A DNA stretch of 49,039 nt, taken from contig NIVC01003117.1 of NCBI GenBank assembly GCA_002269645.1, positions 1 to 49,039 on the forward strand, in the 5' to 3' direction. Made by a program: the position numbers and the translations under genes. This stretch comes from Macrostomum lignano (lineage: Eukaryota). Positions 38,341 to 49,039 of the stretch are shown here, one piece after another; within the stretch, counting starts at the first letter, position 1; every line of letters begins with the position of its first letter. The notes beneath the pieces are model-generated. The model was not told where the DNA came from, made no database searches, and worked only from the letters and a program-made list of their open reading frames with translations.

Positions 38341-39165
38341 ATTGCAACAGCTAGGATAGTCAAAAGGCTCTCAAAGTCCTCACTCTGTGCAGCTCAGGTC
38401 AATTGTTATTATTAATCTGAAAGCAATATATTTTATCAACAAGTTTTTGTTTCAAACAAACAAAGCCAAAAAGGACAAGAGAGCCAACATTGCAAGTAGA
38501 AGTTGCAATAAAAACAACAGAATGCTAGCAAAAAAGCATTACGAAATTTGCGGACTCTGATTTGCTAGTACAACAACGACATGTAGGCTACGATTTTTTA
38601 TATTCATTGTCGCGTCACTTCAAAATCAGTGCCATCAGATGCGACGCGGTCAAGACGTGTACAAGGACCTTTTTGCACGGATTAAACATTTTCTTGAAAA
38701 TACTATTTTTTTACATCAAAGCAAGCAGCATTAGAAAAAATTGGTTGTCATAAAAATATGCTTCCATGTGTCAGAAATAAACACCTGCGGAAAAAAATAT
38801 CAGGGAAAACTGCCAAAATATTTGAATACGAGCTATATTGGTAGCAGTTTGTGTCGGGAAAACTCAAACAAACAATTCCTATTGTATTGGTTCGTACAAA
38901 AAAGCCCTCAGAGTTTAAGGGGCTGCGGCATCCAGCCACGAAGTCTGCATGCTGTGGTCAGCCTGATGAGGTAAAATATTATTATATGGTTGAGTGAATG
39001 CATCTTAGGTTTGAAGAATCGCTTCACTTGTCAACTTCAGTCGCGAAAGTAATTTTAGATAATTTCCCTTGAAATTGGTGAAGACCTGATAGCTGGAATT
39101 CTATTAAGGATGCCGTGATGACTTCAAGTGCGACAGTTGGGGCAAAACTGCAAAGCTTTGAACAT

Positions 39166-49039
<9,874 letters not shown>

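Overview
Eukaryotic (metazoan) genomic DNA with spliceosomal GT-AG introns. The GC-rich exons, very dense minisatellites and TTAGGG repeats would fit a flatworm such as Macrostomum, but that is unverified inference. Four protein-coding genes are supported: (1) a cathepsin A-like S10 serine carboxypeptidase (minus, 2 coding exons, at least 7 frameshifts but intact Ser/Asp/His triad); (2) a single-exon, probably GPI-anchored LRR protein (minus); (3) an intact 12-exon PPIP5K/VIP1 inositol pyrophosphate kinase-phosphatase (plus, 1423 aa by my splice model); (4) the 3' part of an NPR-type receptor guanylyl cyclase (minus, runs off the right edge, many frameshifts only above 46.2 kb). Non-coding DNA holds about 25 tandem arrays (units 4-43 bp), two tRNA-derived SINE families, a LINE RNase H remnant and two inverted copies of a TIR element carrying an internal 21-bp minisatellite. 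Best leads: two nested inverted-repeat pairs bracketing internal exons of the cyclase gene (circRNA/editing candidate); 9 of 11 PPIP5K introns filled by their own private minisatellites; a 9-bp array reading (Gly-Pro-Glu)x84 between an AG and a TAA/AATAAA; a 45-nt phase-symmetric PPIP5K exon; and an intronic array resembling tandem 3' splice sites. Most long ORFs in the supplied track are tandem-repeat artefacts. There is no CRISPR, rRNA or convincing tRNA gene.
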